From the NCBI GenBank assembly GCA_951406725.2, contig OX597838.1:15066001-15130000 (forward strand): a stretch of DNA of 64,000 nucleotides, in the 5' to 3' direction. Position 1 is the first letter of the stretch. Every line of letters starts with the position of its first letter. Shown here piece by piece: positions 13,093 through 26,115 of this stretch. This DNA comes from Octopus vulgaris. Lineage: Eukaryota. The notes beneath the pieces are model-generated. The model was given only the letters and a program-made list of their open reading frames with translations. It searched no databases and had not been told where the DNA came from. The translations under genes and the position numbers were made by a program.

Positions 13093-13363
13093 ATTTTTTG
13101 ATTTTTTTTTTTTCTTAATAACCTTCGATTTGATTTGATTTTTGCTTGCATCCAGAAAAGAAATTATCACTTAAGTAATGGCAACGTCAGCTACTGGTTT
13201 GCTGGTTGAAGTGGCGTGAAGATGCCGGTGGACGATAGCAGTAGGCGTGGTAGTTAAACTGGTGAGTGGAAACAAGTACAAATCCATACCACTTTGGTCA
13301 TCGTCGAACGGTGGGCCATTGCGGCACGTTTAGGAGAATCTGATGAAGTTTTCATAACCAAAT
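12352..13363 (-). other. Candidate 5' UTR exon of the zinc-finger gene, containing uORFs
   Basis: Minus-strand acceptor ttttctatttatatttag|ATTTGG at 13364/13363. Donor GGA|GTGAGT at 12352/12351. A 61-nt candidate intron (12291-12351) has a ctaat branch point and ends tctctgtttgatcag. The region is free of SINEs. Confidence 0.4.
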
Positions 13364-14259
13364 CTAAATATAAATAGAAAATTAAAAATTAACATTTTTA
13401 AAAAATCAATGATAGAAAGTTATATATGCAACAAATCTCTCTCTTTTATTTCTTAATGTATTCATGCATTCACACAGACACACACACGCACACAAGCACC
13501 CCCCACACACACACATTCAAACACACACATACACACACACACACACACACATATGCTTACATATATGAGTCGTGTGTGTGTGTGTGTGTGTGTGTAAAAC
13601 TGAGTTCAGAGAAATAATTCTGAGTAGTCAGTGGCATGAAGTTGGGTTACGAGAACACAGAAAGGTATACTAAATAACATACAAAATAGATACTTGATTT
13701 ACTGAAACTATTTTCGCTTGTAGGGAAGAATAAGCAAAAACCTAGCGGTAATTTGCTACCGATTCCGAATGAGAAGAAGAGATTAAAGCAATCAACAGGG
13801 AGGTAAAAAAACAACCTTTTTTCTGGAGACAGCAGGACAGCTATAAATACGTGTTTCTGCTGCAACAGACGTTATCAGCACAGTGTTGCTTTACATTGAC
13901 ACCAGCCATACATAGAACTTAGTCACATGTACAAAACGAACAGAGAACATTTATGGTCTTGGGTGATTTATATTTTATCTTCTGTATTTTACTTGTTTCA
14001 GGCATTTAACTGTGGACATGCTGGACCACCATCTTGAAGGGTTTTAATCTTGCAAATCGACCCCAGTACTTATTTTTTTAAAGCCTAGTACTTATTCTAT
14101 CGGTCTCTTTTGACGAACCGTTAGCTTACGGGGACGTAAACACACCAACACCGGTTGTCAAGCAGTGGTGGGAGACAAACACAGACAGAAAAACACAAAC
14201 ATATATATATATTTATATATGTGTGTGTGTGTATGTGTGAATATATATATATGGATATT

Positions 14260-14309
<50 letters not shown>

Positions 14310-14564
14310 ACATATACTTATAAACAGGGCAAATTTTAGCCATTTCTCCGCAGACTGGAAAAAAATATGACGAACAACCTTAATCGATTTTCGAACCTTA
14401 TTGGATTCTCATCAGCAGCGTCCACACATTCTGACAGTCTCCAGAGAAACAAGCAGCAAAACTCTTTATATACTCAACAAATGCAGCAGTTACTCTATGA
14501 GGGAGTTTCTAATTTGCATACCGAAAGTGTTTAACACTCATACGCCGGGCTTCTTTCAGTTTCC

Positions 14565-14770
14565 TATTTCTTTATTGCCCACAAGGGGCTAAACATAGAG
14601 GAGACAAACAAGGACAGACAAGGAGATTAGGTCGAATACATCGACCCCAGTGCGTAACTGGTACTTAATTTATCGACCCCGAAAGGATGAAAGGCAAAGT
14701 CGACCTCGCTGGAATTTGAATTCAGAACGTAGCGGCAGACGAAAAACCGCTAAGTCTTTCGCCCGGCATG
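14565..14770 (-). mobile_element. Meta-like SINE nested in a CORE-like SINE head
   Basis: 15-bp TSD CTTCTTTCAGTTTCC (14550-14564 and 14771-14785) taken from the host SINE. Confidence 0.85.
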
Positions 14771-15194
14771 CTTCTTTCAGTTTCCGTTTACCAAATCAAT
14801 CGACTCACAAGACTTTAGTCGGGTTGAGGCTATAATAGAAGACACTTGCGCAAGGTGCCACGCATGTTTAAAACAAAAGTAGGTTAACACATTAGGGATT
14901 AGAACTAGAACCATTTTTTAAACCATCATATCTGTTATTTTAGAAAAACATTAATATTGTTAATTCTGTTGTGTCTGCGAAATTAAGTATTGTTAAGTTT
15001 TCTTAAAAAAAGCCCTAAGCGAGAAGAATCTAATACTGAGGATCACGTCGAAACTGATTCTGTCGAGAAAGGCACGTGAAGCAAGAGTGGTTAAATTTTA
15101 GGATGATCACTGATAAATTGTGTGGTATTGGAAGTTTCGTAAAAACCGAAAAAAGTGAAGAGAAACTGGTAACGTTGCATCTCTTTACTCTTTT

Positions 15195-15337
15195 ACTTGT
15201 TTCTCTCACTGTTTCCTCCTGCATCTTGCAGCTCACCTGCGACGGACCGGCGTCCAATCCAGGTGGGGAACCTATACGCCAAGGAAACCGGGAAACCGGC
15301 CCTATGAGCCAGGCATGGCTCGAGAAGGAACAAACAA
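15195..15337 (+). mobile_element. 3' fragment of another SINE family
   Basis: CCTGCGACGGACCGGCGTCCAATCCAGG..GAAACCGG..GGCTCG with a (AAAC)n-like end, resembling SINE tails recalled from other metazoans. Confidence 0.45.
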
Positions 15338-16075
15338 TATTTAATAAATCGTATGTAGAGTTCGCATTTTGGCTAAGAAAGAAATCAGATTTTTAGATGC
15401 AACTTATAGGAGCAAAAAAATTGTGATTTCAGACACAAATTAGATGCAAACGATATCATTTTTCATTCAAATTTTAAAATGTTAAAGATGCTTTGTGAAT
15501 AAGATTATTCATAGATTTAAAGCATAAATATGGCAATTTAAGCTTATTAATTAGTGCATTTCATTTATGTTTTGCAAAATAGGATTTATTTTTAATTGTT
15601 AAGCCAAGTATTGGTTTCTATGTTGATGGTTTTTTTTCTTGGTACCGAATAGTAAAAATTAATCAATACAAATAATTAATAATTAAAATAATAAATACGA
15701 CTGCTTAGCACAAAATTTAAAATTATACTAAAAAAAATTAATCAAATATATTAAAATTTGATAAATTAATGGAATTGGGCATTAAAAATTTATCGTTGCC
15801 AAATTTATTACATAAAAAATATTTCCACTTTTATTTAAATGATTTTTTAAATGATTATTTGTATTTGAATATCAATGAAAACAAAAACTTCAAAATTTTG
15901 TTTGAGAATGTTACAAATTTTATAAAAATTATTTTTGGTTTTGCTTATTTTTTTTTACATAGATTTTTTTAATTTACTTTTATTCTTCTACCCACCTCCT
16001 ACACATTATGTCTGGCTGCATCCAGAACAACAAAGGGCCGGGCAAGGGCAATGCCAAGCGCAATTGTAAAATTCT

Positions 16076-16570
16076 ACATCATCATCATCATTGTTCGACC
16101 CTGGTCGAGACAATGGAATTTATCATGCTACACCAGACTTCACGGTCCATCATAGCATTACGGAGGTCCTGTTGCTGGATGCCTGTATCCCTGGAGATTA
16201 CATCAGGGTAGGAGAGTGTGCGCCCTCTGGGATTGCGAGTAGATGGCTTCCAGAGGAAAAGAGTAGAAATTACCTCTTTTTCAGCTCTACAACAATGTCC
16301 AGCAAACTGGACTCTCCTACCTTTCACAAGAGATGACGCAGGTGGTAGTTTCCCATATATTTGCATTTTGGTTGGATGACGCTTCCACGAGAGATTTTGA
16401 GCTCTCATAAGGAGGCGAGTGTAGGTTCCATCCAACCGCCTCTTAAGCTTCTTTGAGAATGTCCAGGTTCGACTGTGGCTTTGAAGATTTCAAGTTTGAA
16501 GTCTCTACTTAGATTTGATGACCAGATCTTATGCATGTCATTACAGGCTGACCAGGCCATACCCTTTCTA
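16076..16570 (-). mobile_element. RTE-clade LINE 3' fragment with an internal deletion
   Basis: Peptides AWSACNDMHKIWSSNL..FKATVEP and RRVQFAGHC..DREVW; (GAT)n tail. Confidence 0.85.
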
Positions 16571-16785
16571 CATAACAACATCCGAGTCACCAGCCAGCAA
16601 CCCAGTCGACGGTTGGTTTGTTATGACATCACCAAGCACATCTTAGTCCTGATCTTTCAACAGATTCGTGTTATGCTCCAAGTGTTACTCGAGAATGTAA
16701 ACATTCCTTCTTTGGCCTCAAACAGGTCAACTCATATTTGCTTTCCTGCTTCCTGACTGGGTCTCATTCTTTTCATCCAAACTGC

Positions 16786-17006
16786 TTTACTCTTTACTCT
16801 TTTACTTGTTTCAGTCATTTGACTGTGGCCGTGCTGGAGCACAGCCTTTAATCGAGCAACTCGACCCCGGGACTTATTCTTTTGTAAGCCCAGTACTTAT
16901 TCTATCGGTCTTTTTTGCCGAACCGCTAAGTAACGGGGAATAAACACACCAGTATCGGTTGTCAAGCAATGCTAGGGGGACAAACACAGACACACAAACA
17001 CACACA

Positions 17007-17067
<61 letters not shown>

Positions 17068-17225
17068 GACAGGCTTCTTTTCAGTTTCCGTCTACTAAAT
17101 CCACTCACAAGGCTTTGGTCGGCCCGAGGCTATAGTAGAGGACACTTGTCCAAGGTGCGACGCAGTGGGACTGAACCCGGAACCATGTGGTTGGTTAGCA
17201 AGCTACTTACCACACAGCCACTCCT
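16786..17225 (-). mobile_element. Full-length CORE-like SINE
   Basis: Reverse complement of the 4170 family with a (GTAAAAGA)n tail. Confidence 0.87.
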
Positions 17226-17554
17226 TATTAACATCTTTTCCCTTCGTCATGGGTTTCTCATTGGCATTTTTATATAATTAACATTTTGCCAATTCACAAA
17301 ATTAATTTTTTGATACCATATAGATTATCTTTTATCTTTTACGTGTTTCAGTCACTAGACTGCGGCCATGCTGGGGCACCGCCTTGAAGAATTTTTAGTC
17401 GAATGAATCGATCCCAGTACTTATTTATTTTAAGCCTGGTACTTATCTTATCGGTCCCTTAAGCCGAACCGCTAAGTTACGGGGACATAAATATATTTAC
17501 AACGAGTGTCAAGGGGTAGAGGGGAGAAACACAGTGACGAAGACACGCAGACAA

Positions 17555-17586
<32 letters not shown>

Positions 17587-17836
17587 TTCTTTACTACACA
17601 CAAGGGGATAAACACAGAGGGGACAAACAAGGACAGACAAACGGATCAAGTCGATTACATCGACCCCCAGTGCGTAACTGGTACTTAATTTATCGACCCC
17701 GAAAGGATGAAAGGCGAGCTGGCAGAAACGTTAGCACGCCGGCCGAAATGCGTAGCCGTTATGTTCGCTGGGTTCAAATTCGCCCGAGCGTCTAACGTTT
17801 CTGCCTTTCATCCTTATCGGGGTCGATATATATATA

Positions 17837-17915
<79 letters not shown>

Positions 17916-18045
17916 GAAGAAATCGACCCCAGGACTTATTCTTTGTAAGACTAGTACTTATTCTATCGGGGGACAATCACAGACACACAAACATAAGTAC
18001 ACATACATACATACATACAGCATATATTGTTAAGCGATATATATA

Positions 18046-18083
<38 letters not shown>

Positions 18084-18668
18084 TACGACGGGCTTCTTTC
18101 AGTTTCCGTCTACCAAATCCATTCACAAGGCTTTGGTCGGCCCGAAGCTATAGTAGAAGACACTTGCCTAAGGTGTCACGCAGTGGGACTGAACCCGGAA
18201 CCATGTGGTTGGTAAGCAAGCTACTTACCACTCCTGCGCCTATAAGAAATTCGTGTAGAATTTTCTTCGTAAGGTGAGTTACAATCTAAAGAGAAGGGAT
18301 ACATTTACATATGAATGAAACTAAAAACACGCAGGGGGTTTTTTTTGTGGGGTGGTTGTGTGTGCGTGTTTTTTGCTTTCAATTCCAGCTACGGTACTTT
18401 TAAACATCCACTTCCTGTTTTGTTCTTTCCCAGGTTCAGTTAATGAAAAAACATTAGCACTTTTCTGCCTGCGTTTTCTTGTTGGTGTCATAGATTATGT
18501 ATTTGCTTTGTTCCATAATTAAGATTGTGTTTGCTATATACATTGTTCTCTCAACACATTTTCAATTATTCTAATAACATAAGCCTGATGGAAAAGCAAA
18601 CTGAAATAAACCAATAGGCAGCTGCATGGAGTCCTTTTCAGAGTTCGTTCATAAAATTTATATACGTT

Positions 18669-18880
18669 AAGGCGGTGTGATGGCCGAATTGCTAGTATAC
18701 CGGGCTAAATGCTTAGCAGCATTTCGTCCGTCCCCGTGTTCGGAGCTCAAATTCTGTAGGGGTCGACTTTGCCTGTCATCTTTTTGGGGTCAATAAATTA
18801 AGTACCAGTGAAACATTGGGGTCGATGTAATTCATTCATCCCCACCTCCCCCAAGCTTCCCTTGTGACAAACATTTTGAA
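18669..18880 (+). mobile_element. Old diverged Meta-like SINE (similar relics at about 1-125, 7479-7630, 8455-8586, 20805-21020, 47835-48105, 55700-55850)
   Basis: Degenerate head, B box and CCTTTCATCCTTTCGGGGTCGA-like core. Confidence 0.7.
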
Positions 18881-18900
18881 TAATAATAATAATAATAATA

Positions 18901-18932
<32 letters not shown>

Positions 18933-18964
18933 CATTATTATTATTGTTGTTGTTGTTGTTGTTG

Positions 18965-19005
<41 letters not shown>

Positions 19006-19014
19006 TATTCAATC

Positions 19015-19179
19015 AATTGAACTCGGAATCTTGGGGTTAGTAGCCCGCCCTCTTAACCATTACGCTATATGCCTGTTGGTATATAGTGTAATGGTTAAGA
19101 GCGTGAGCCACTAACCCCAAAATTGCGAGTTCAATTCTAGGCAGTACCTTGATTAAATAACAACAACAACAACAACAAC

Positions 19180-19243
<64 letters not shown>

Positions 19244-19431
19244 TCAGCAAAAAATACTTTAGGAATGAGAACCCAGGGATGGGTTCAAAATTCTACCAGG
19301 ACACCTGATGAAGGCTGGAGAGTAAATCAGCCGAAATGTTGCGGTAACAACAAACAAGATGAGGACACATATCTGTCCAATGTAAATAATGTAAATAATG
19401 TACAAATTTCTTCATCTCAAAAATATTGAAC
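19015..19431 (+). mobile_element. tRNA-headed hammerhead element, copy 1, with inverted duplication of the head
   Basis: Inverted arms 19015-19073 and 19078-19136 around tgtt, extended by mirror (ATT/GTT)n and (AAC/AAT)n tracts. The 3' part aligns with 20530-20682. Confidence 0.72.
19300..19345 (+). ncRNA. Degenerate minimal type I hammerhead ribozyme motif
   Basis: GACAC-CUGAUGA-A-GGCUG..CAGCC-GAAAU-GUU-GCGGU. The core is kept; stem III and the 3' strand of stem I are mutated. Confidence 0.55.
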
Positions 19432-19777
19432 GGTAGCCATAGCTATGTATCAACCAGGGTTAATGAGGGCACTTCACGGAATTTCTTTGTTCTACTAGAC
19501 CTAAAAGCCAAATCTCATTCAAATTCAGATTTCACTCTTCTTAAACAACGTAAAGTATATTAGATGATACTAACCCCCCCAAGCAAAAAGAAAAGGAATG
19601 TGATGGTCACGACTGGATCATACATCTATTGGTTCAAATCTGACCGTCATCTTAACAAAATCATAATTTCTCTCAGATTGTTAACAAGGTAAATAGGTAA
19701 ATAGGTTAACAAGGTAAATAGCTACTAACGAGACACCACACTGGATTTCTGACCCGGAAGCTTTGCCCAGTCATGCG

Positions 19778-19841
<64 letters not shown>

Positions 19842-20332
19842 CTCTCTCTCACACACACACACACACTATCTCTTTCTCTCTCTCACACACACACACACAC
19901 TATCTCTCTCTCTCTCACACACAAACACACACACACACACACACACACACGCATACACACATACCTGTACAGACATACAACGAACATGCATAAGCATATT
20001 GAATACATATTATTCTTACATTCTTTTACATGTTTCAGTCATTTGACTGCGGCCATACTGGAGCGCCAGCTTCAGTCGAGCAAATCGACCCCAGGACTTA
20101 TTCTTTGTATGCCTAGTACTTATTCTATTGGTCTTTCTTGCCGAACCGCTAGTTTCGGGGACATAAACACACGAACATCGGTTGTCAAGTGATAGCATGA
20201 GAGACAAACACAAACAGAAAGACACACACACACACACACACATACATACATACATACATACATACATACATACATACAGACACATACATACATACATACA
20301 TACATACATACATACATACATACATACATACA

Positions 20333-20368
<36 letters not shown>

Positions 20369-20385
20369 TATACACACACATATAT

Positions 20386-20444
20386 TAGTGGTTAAGAGCG
20401 CAGGCTACTAACCCCAAGATTCCGAGTTCGATTCCAGGCAGTGA

Positions 20445-20507
<63 letters not shown>

Positions 20508-20682
20508 TAATAATAATAATAACAACAACAACATCGAAAAATACCTTAGGAATGAGAGCCCAGCTTCGAAATTTCCTCCAAGACACCTGATGAAGGCTGG
20601 AGGGTATATCAGCCGAAACAGTCGTGTTAACAACAAACAAGATGAGGACAAATATCCGTCAAATGTAAATAAAGTAAATAAT
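20386..20682 (+). mobile_element. tRNA-headed, hammerhead-containing short element (Penelope-associated or retrozyme-like SINE), copy 2
   Basis: Head TAGTGGTTAAGAGCGCAGGCTACTAACCCC..GAGTTCGATTCC (part of the A box plus B box), then (AAT)n, then the hammerhead at 20582-20628, then a (TGTAAATAA)n-like tail. Colinear with the copy at 19078-19431. Confidence 0.75.
20582..20628 (+). ncRNA. Minimal type I hammerhead ribozyme motif
   Basis: GACAC-CUGAUGA-A-GGCUGG(loop)UCAGCC-GAAAC-A-GUC^GUGUU. Stem I GACAC/GUGUU, intact catalytic core, 6-bp stem II, vestigial stem III, GUC cleavage triplet. Confidence 0.75.
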
Positions 20683-21567
20683 ATCGATCAAATAAGTACT
20701 AATTGATCACCGAGGGCGATGTAATCGACCACTCCCCCCCAATATTGCTTGCTGCCAAAACTTGAAACCAATATTAAATCTGCTCCATTATTTAAGTTCT
20801 TTGAGACGGCGAGGCGGCAGAATCGGTACTGCGTCGGACAAAGAATTAGCGGCATTTCTTTCGACTTTACATTCTGAGTTTAAATGTTGCCATAGTCGAC
20901 CTTGCCTTTTATCCTTTCGGGGTCGATAAAATAAGTACCAGTTATAAGTACCGGGACGATGTAATCGATTTAACCCCTCCCCCAAAATTGCTGGCCCTGT
21001 GCCAAAATTTGAAGCTATTATTCGTGTTCTTTTTACCGCTTTGTCACGAGAAATGGCCGAGATTTTGGGGTGATAGAGGAACCAGAGTTCTGATCCGAAT
21101 GTTTTATAATACAGTAAGCTCCGCCAAAATCACCCAGAGACACGGCGGTGTCGTTAAGGAGACGGTTTGAGTCTACCAGTCACTTAGGCCACCGCATGAT
21201 TTGAACTCAAAACGTAAGGAGCCGGTACAAATACCTAAAATCATCATTATCTAACGCCCTAACGATTCTACAAGCCTAGCGCCCAAGGCTTGATGAACCT
21301 TTCTTACTTAGCAGAGAGACCTTAAATTATTCTAAAGGGAAGAATTGAGGGGCTAGGATAGTCATGCCGGTCCACAATGTCTTTTAACGTCATTGATCAA
21401 TTCTGGTGTAATTAATCAATTAATTGCTAAGTTAATCAAATAAATATGCTTTAATTATAAAACTAGCAGCTAAGGTTTTGTTATAAACACTAACCAACGT
21501 GGGAGAACTCAACACAATGACACGACGTGCTAAAAGTAGCAGCATAGAATTCTCCAAACCACACCAT

Positions 21568-21620
<53 letters not shown>

Positions 21621-22042
21621 AGGGCACATTAAGCAAAGTGATCATGAAAATAGAAAAATAGGAGGATGGTCACGGTTGGAATACTTTTGCTTAATCAAAA
21701 CTAATCTCAGAACTAAACAACAACAATAATATATAAACATTTTTCAACATTTGTAAAAACAATTTGAGGGAGGAAATAAACAACGCTACCATGGACGGGT
21801 CTCGAACCAGGGACTTTTCGAGCATACCACTGAAACGTGCTACAATTTGAGCATTAGGGTTCTCATGTCTTTTCTTTCCTACCCGGATGATGCTATAACT
21901 GTCTTTCGTCAGTAGTTCACATTTACCCTAAAATTGTCCAATGTGTTTCACCAGGAATTTGCTAGGGAACTTAATTATGCAGAATTATGAATAATTTACC
22001 TTTACAAACGTCTAGCAGAATCTTGTTTACGTTTTGATAAGG

Positions 22043-22113
<71 letters not shown>

Positions 22114-22309
22114 TACTACTAATGCTAGACAGCATGTCATGGGAAGTTAGGGAAACCCTCGATGAGGATTTTCCTTAAGGGTAGCGAAATTCCTTGGTTT
22201 CGTACTTATTTCAAGCTGCCGAAAACAAAAGCCTCGTTATTTAATCACGGAACATAGTTTCACAAGGAGACATATGGATATGACACCGTCTAACCTTTGA
22301 TTTCAAATT

Positions 22310-22915
22310 TTAGCACAAGGCCAGCAAGTTCGGCGTGGCGAGAGTAAGCCGATTACATCGACCCCAGTGCCCAACTGGTGCTCTTTCTACCGACGCCGAA
22401 AGGATGAAAGGCAAAGTTGGCCTCGGCAGAATTTGAACTCAGAACGTAAAGACGTACGAAATGCCGCTAAGCATTTTGCCCGGCGTGCTAACGACTCTTA
22501 TTTCTTTACTACCCACAAGGGGCTAAACATAGAGGGGACAAACAAGCACAGACAAACGGATTAAGTCGATTACATCGACTCCAGTGTGTAACAGGTACTT
22601 AATATATCGACCCAGAAAGAATGAAAGGCAAAGTTGGCCTCGGCGGAATTTGAACTCACAACGTAAAGACGTACGAAATACCTATTTCTTTACTACCCAC
22701 AAGGGGCTAAACACAGAGGGGACAAACAAGGACAGACAAACGGATTAAGTCGATTATATCGACCCCAGTGCGTAACTGGTACTTATTTAATCGACCCCGA
22801 AAGGATGAAAGGCAAAGTCGACCTCGGCGGAATTTGAACTCAGAACGTAACGGCAGACGAAATACCGCAAAGCATTTCACCCGGCGTTCTAACGTTTCTG
22901 CCAGCTCGCCGCCTT
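22310..22915 (-). mobile_element. Meta-like SINE tandem trimer
   Basis: Three units of the same family; the leftmost is the older variant. Confidence 0.85.
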
Positions 22916-23134
22916 ATCTGATTGTATTTATCACCACACTCACGGCTTGACAACAGGTGTTTATTTACGTCCGTGCAAGTTAACAATTAGGCAAGAAAAA
23001 AACAAACAAACGATATAATTAGTACCAGATTCAAAATTTAAGTACTGGAACCGATTTATTTGACTAAATTCTTTAAGACAGTGCCCCAACATAGCCGCAC
23101 TCCATGTGGTTGGTAAGCAGCCACTCCTATAATA

Positions 23135-23366
23135 CCTATTTCTTTACTACCCAGAAGGGGCTAAACATAGAGGGGCAAACAAGGACAGACGAATGAATTA
23201 AGTCGATTATATCGACCCCAGTGCGTAACTGGTACTTAATTTATCGACCCCGAAAGGATGAAAGGCAAAGTCGACCTCGGCGGAATTTGAACTCAGATCG
23301 CAGCGGCGGACGAAATACCGCAAAGCATTTCACCCGGTATGCTAACGATTCTGCCAGCTCGCCGCC
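23135..23366 (-). mobile_element. Meta-like SINE monomer
   Basis: Full unit with head, flanked by a direct repeat CACTCCTATAATA. Confidence 0.85.
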
Positions 23367-23521
23367 ACTCCTATAATATATTTACAAAGACTGAAAGCAT
23401 TGATGTGTCTTTAATTCCATGTTACAAGTGTTTCATAACATGTAGAAAATATGTATGCGATCACCTGTCTGCAATTCATCAAAGATTTTAAAAAATAAGA
23501 TACATACATGTGTGTGTGGGG

Positions 23522-23559
<38 letters not shown>

Positions 23560-23759
23560 ATGTGTTTATGTAATTTCGGCTGTGGTGATAAGTCGATTAC
23601 ATCGACACCGACAGAACAAGTATCAGACTTTAAAAAAAAATGGGGTCCATTTGTTCGACTAGACCCTTCCAGTACTTATTTCATTAACCCGAAAGTTGAT
23701 CTCTGCGGAATTTGAACTCAGAACTTAAGGATGACCACTCGCTATATATATATACTTTC

Positions 23760-23800
<41 letters not shown>

Positions 23801-23928
23801 GTCCGTTTTTATTTTCAGTAAAAAAAAAACATTTACATTAATCTGAAGGGTCGTTCCATACTTTTGTAGAGTCCGACGACAGCTTAGCCGAAACTTCGAA
23901 CTCACTGTCAGTGCTATTATTGTTAAAG

Positions 23929-23989
<61 letters not shown>

Positions 23990-24563
23990 TGTCTGTCTTC
24001 CAGCACCACTTGGAAACCGGTATTAAATTGTACGCGTTCCAGTAACTTAGTGGTTCGACAAAAGACACCGACAGAACAAGTATCAGACTTTTTTAAAAAA
24101 TGGGGTCCATTTGTTCGACTAGACCCTTCCAGGCTTGTTCTAGCATAAAACAAATGACACAACTTATTTAATTAACATATATACACACATGTACACATTC
24201 AGGCATATAAACACACACAGAATACCAGAAATCAAAAGTCTCTCAACGTGGTGGTTCGAGCTGCTGGAAATAGCAGCCAAATTAGACTTAATCAGTTGTA
24301 AGAGAAAAGAACATGTTGGAAAATGTATCCAAGGATTAATTTAGCGTAAGAAACTTTTTAGATGGCCACGTCTGGAATGGCTTTGTCTGTTGAATTACGG
24401 CTGCTCTGAGACTTAAAAAAAATCAACAATTCTGCACATACAGACACACACACACACACACATACATACATACATACATACATACATACATACATACATA
24501 CATACATACATACATACATACTTACAGACATACATACGCATACAGACACACACATACATACAT

Positions 24564-24596
<33 letters not shown>

Positions 24597-24653
24597 TACA
24601 TACACATACATACATACATACATACATACATACATACATACACATACATACAT

Positions 24654-24690
<37 letters not shown>

Positions 24691-24821
24691 TACATACATA
24701 CATACATACATACACACACACATACATACATACATACACACGCACACACACACATCACATTAGCTACATAACTTGCTAACCATACACACACATTCAAATA
24801 TAAACTCGCTTTCTCTCTCTC

Positions 24822-24861
<40 letters not shown>

Positions 24862-25082
24862 CCTCTTTCTCACGTGCACAGACACATACGCACTCATACA
24901 CACACATACACACACACACACTCACACACACAGTTGCTAGTTGACAGGATATTCACAGAAATCCTATACATGCAGATATAAAATCACAAATAGAAGCACA
25001 CCCACAAACGAACACACACACAAACACACACACATACATACATACATATATATATATATATACATACATATATGTATATGTA

Positions 25083-25135
<53 letters not shown>

Positions 25136-25458
25136 GTATATATATACATACATACATACGTACATACATTCATATTTCATGCACATGTATGAATGATGTA
25201 TGTATATGCGTGTGTATACATACATACACACGTGCGCACACACGGCACCCACCAGCACACACACACACACAAACATACACATAAATACATGCATATACAC
25301 GTACAGAAAACACCCACTGAAAAAAGATGAAGTGGTGAACCATCTAAAAGCAGCAGCCAATAGTCCCTCTCGAAAAGAGTATGTTCAAATAATGTGGTTC
25401 TGTGTGCCACTGTGCTAAAGCTACGTAAGGGATGGTCATGATTGGAACGTCGTCATTC

Positions 25459-25502
<44 letters not shown>

Positions 25503-25693
25503 GCTTGTGTGTGTACATATATACATACTGATTTAAAGACATAACGTTCACATACACACACAACACACACAGTCTCACACACACACACATATCTATATAA
25601 TATACATATATATTATATTATTTTCAGACATTTATATATATATATAATATACATACGTGCATAATTATACAATATACATTTACACATGCATGT

Positions 25694-25735
<42 letters not shown>

Positions 25736-25847
25736 TGTATGTGTGTATATGTACGACTACATAAATACGCTCACATAGACAAAAACATTTATACATAGCA
25801 GCATCTATGTATACCTGTATATACATATGTACACTTCATAAATATAA

Positions 25848-25884
<37 letters not shown>

Positions 25885-26020
25885 ATTATGCATGTATGTA
25901 TGTATACATAGCAGAATATAGGAATATGTATACATACATACATAAATACATACATATAATATAATATATATATATATATATATGTATTTATGTATGCATG
26001 CATGTATGTATATATGTATA

Positions 26021-26110
<90 letters not shown>

Positions 26111-26115
<5 letters not shown>

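Noticed and set aside
15030-15070. Additional hammerhead (CTGAGGA..GAAAC)
   Set aside because: No stem II or stem I can be formed around the core; the CTGATGA hits near 13340, 41729 and 46845 fail likewise.
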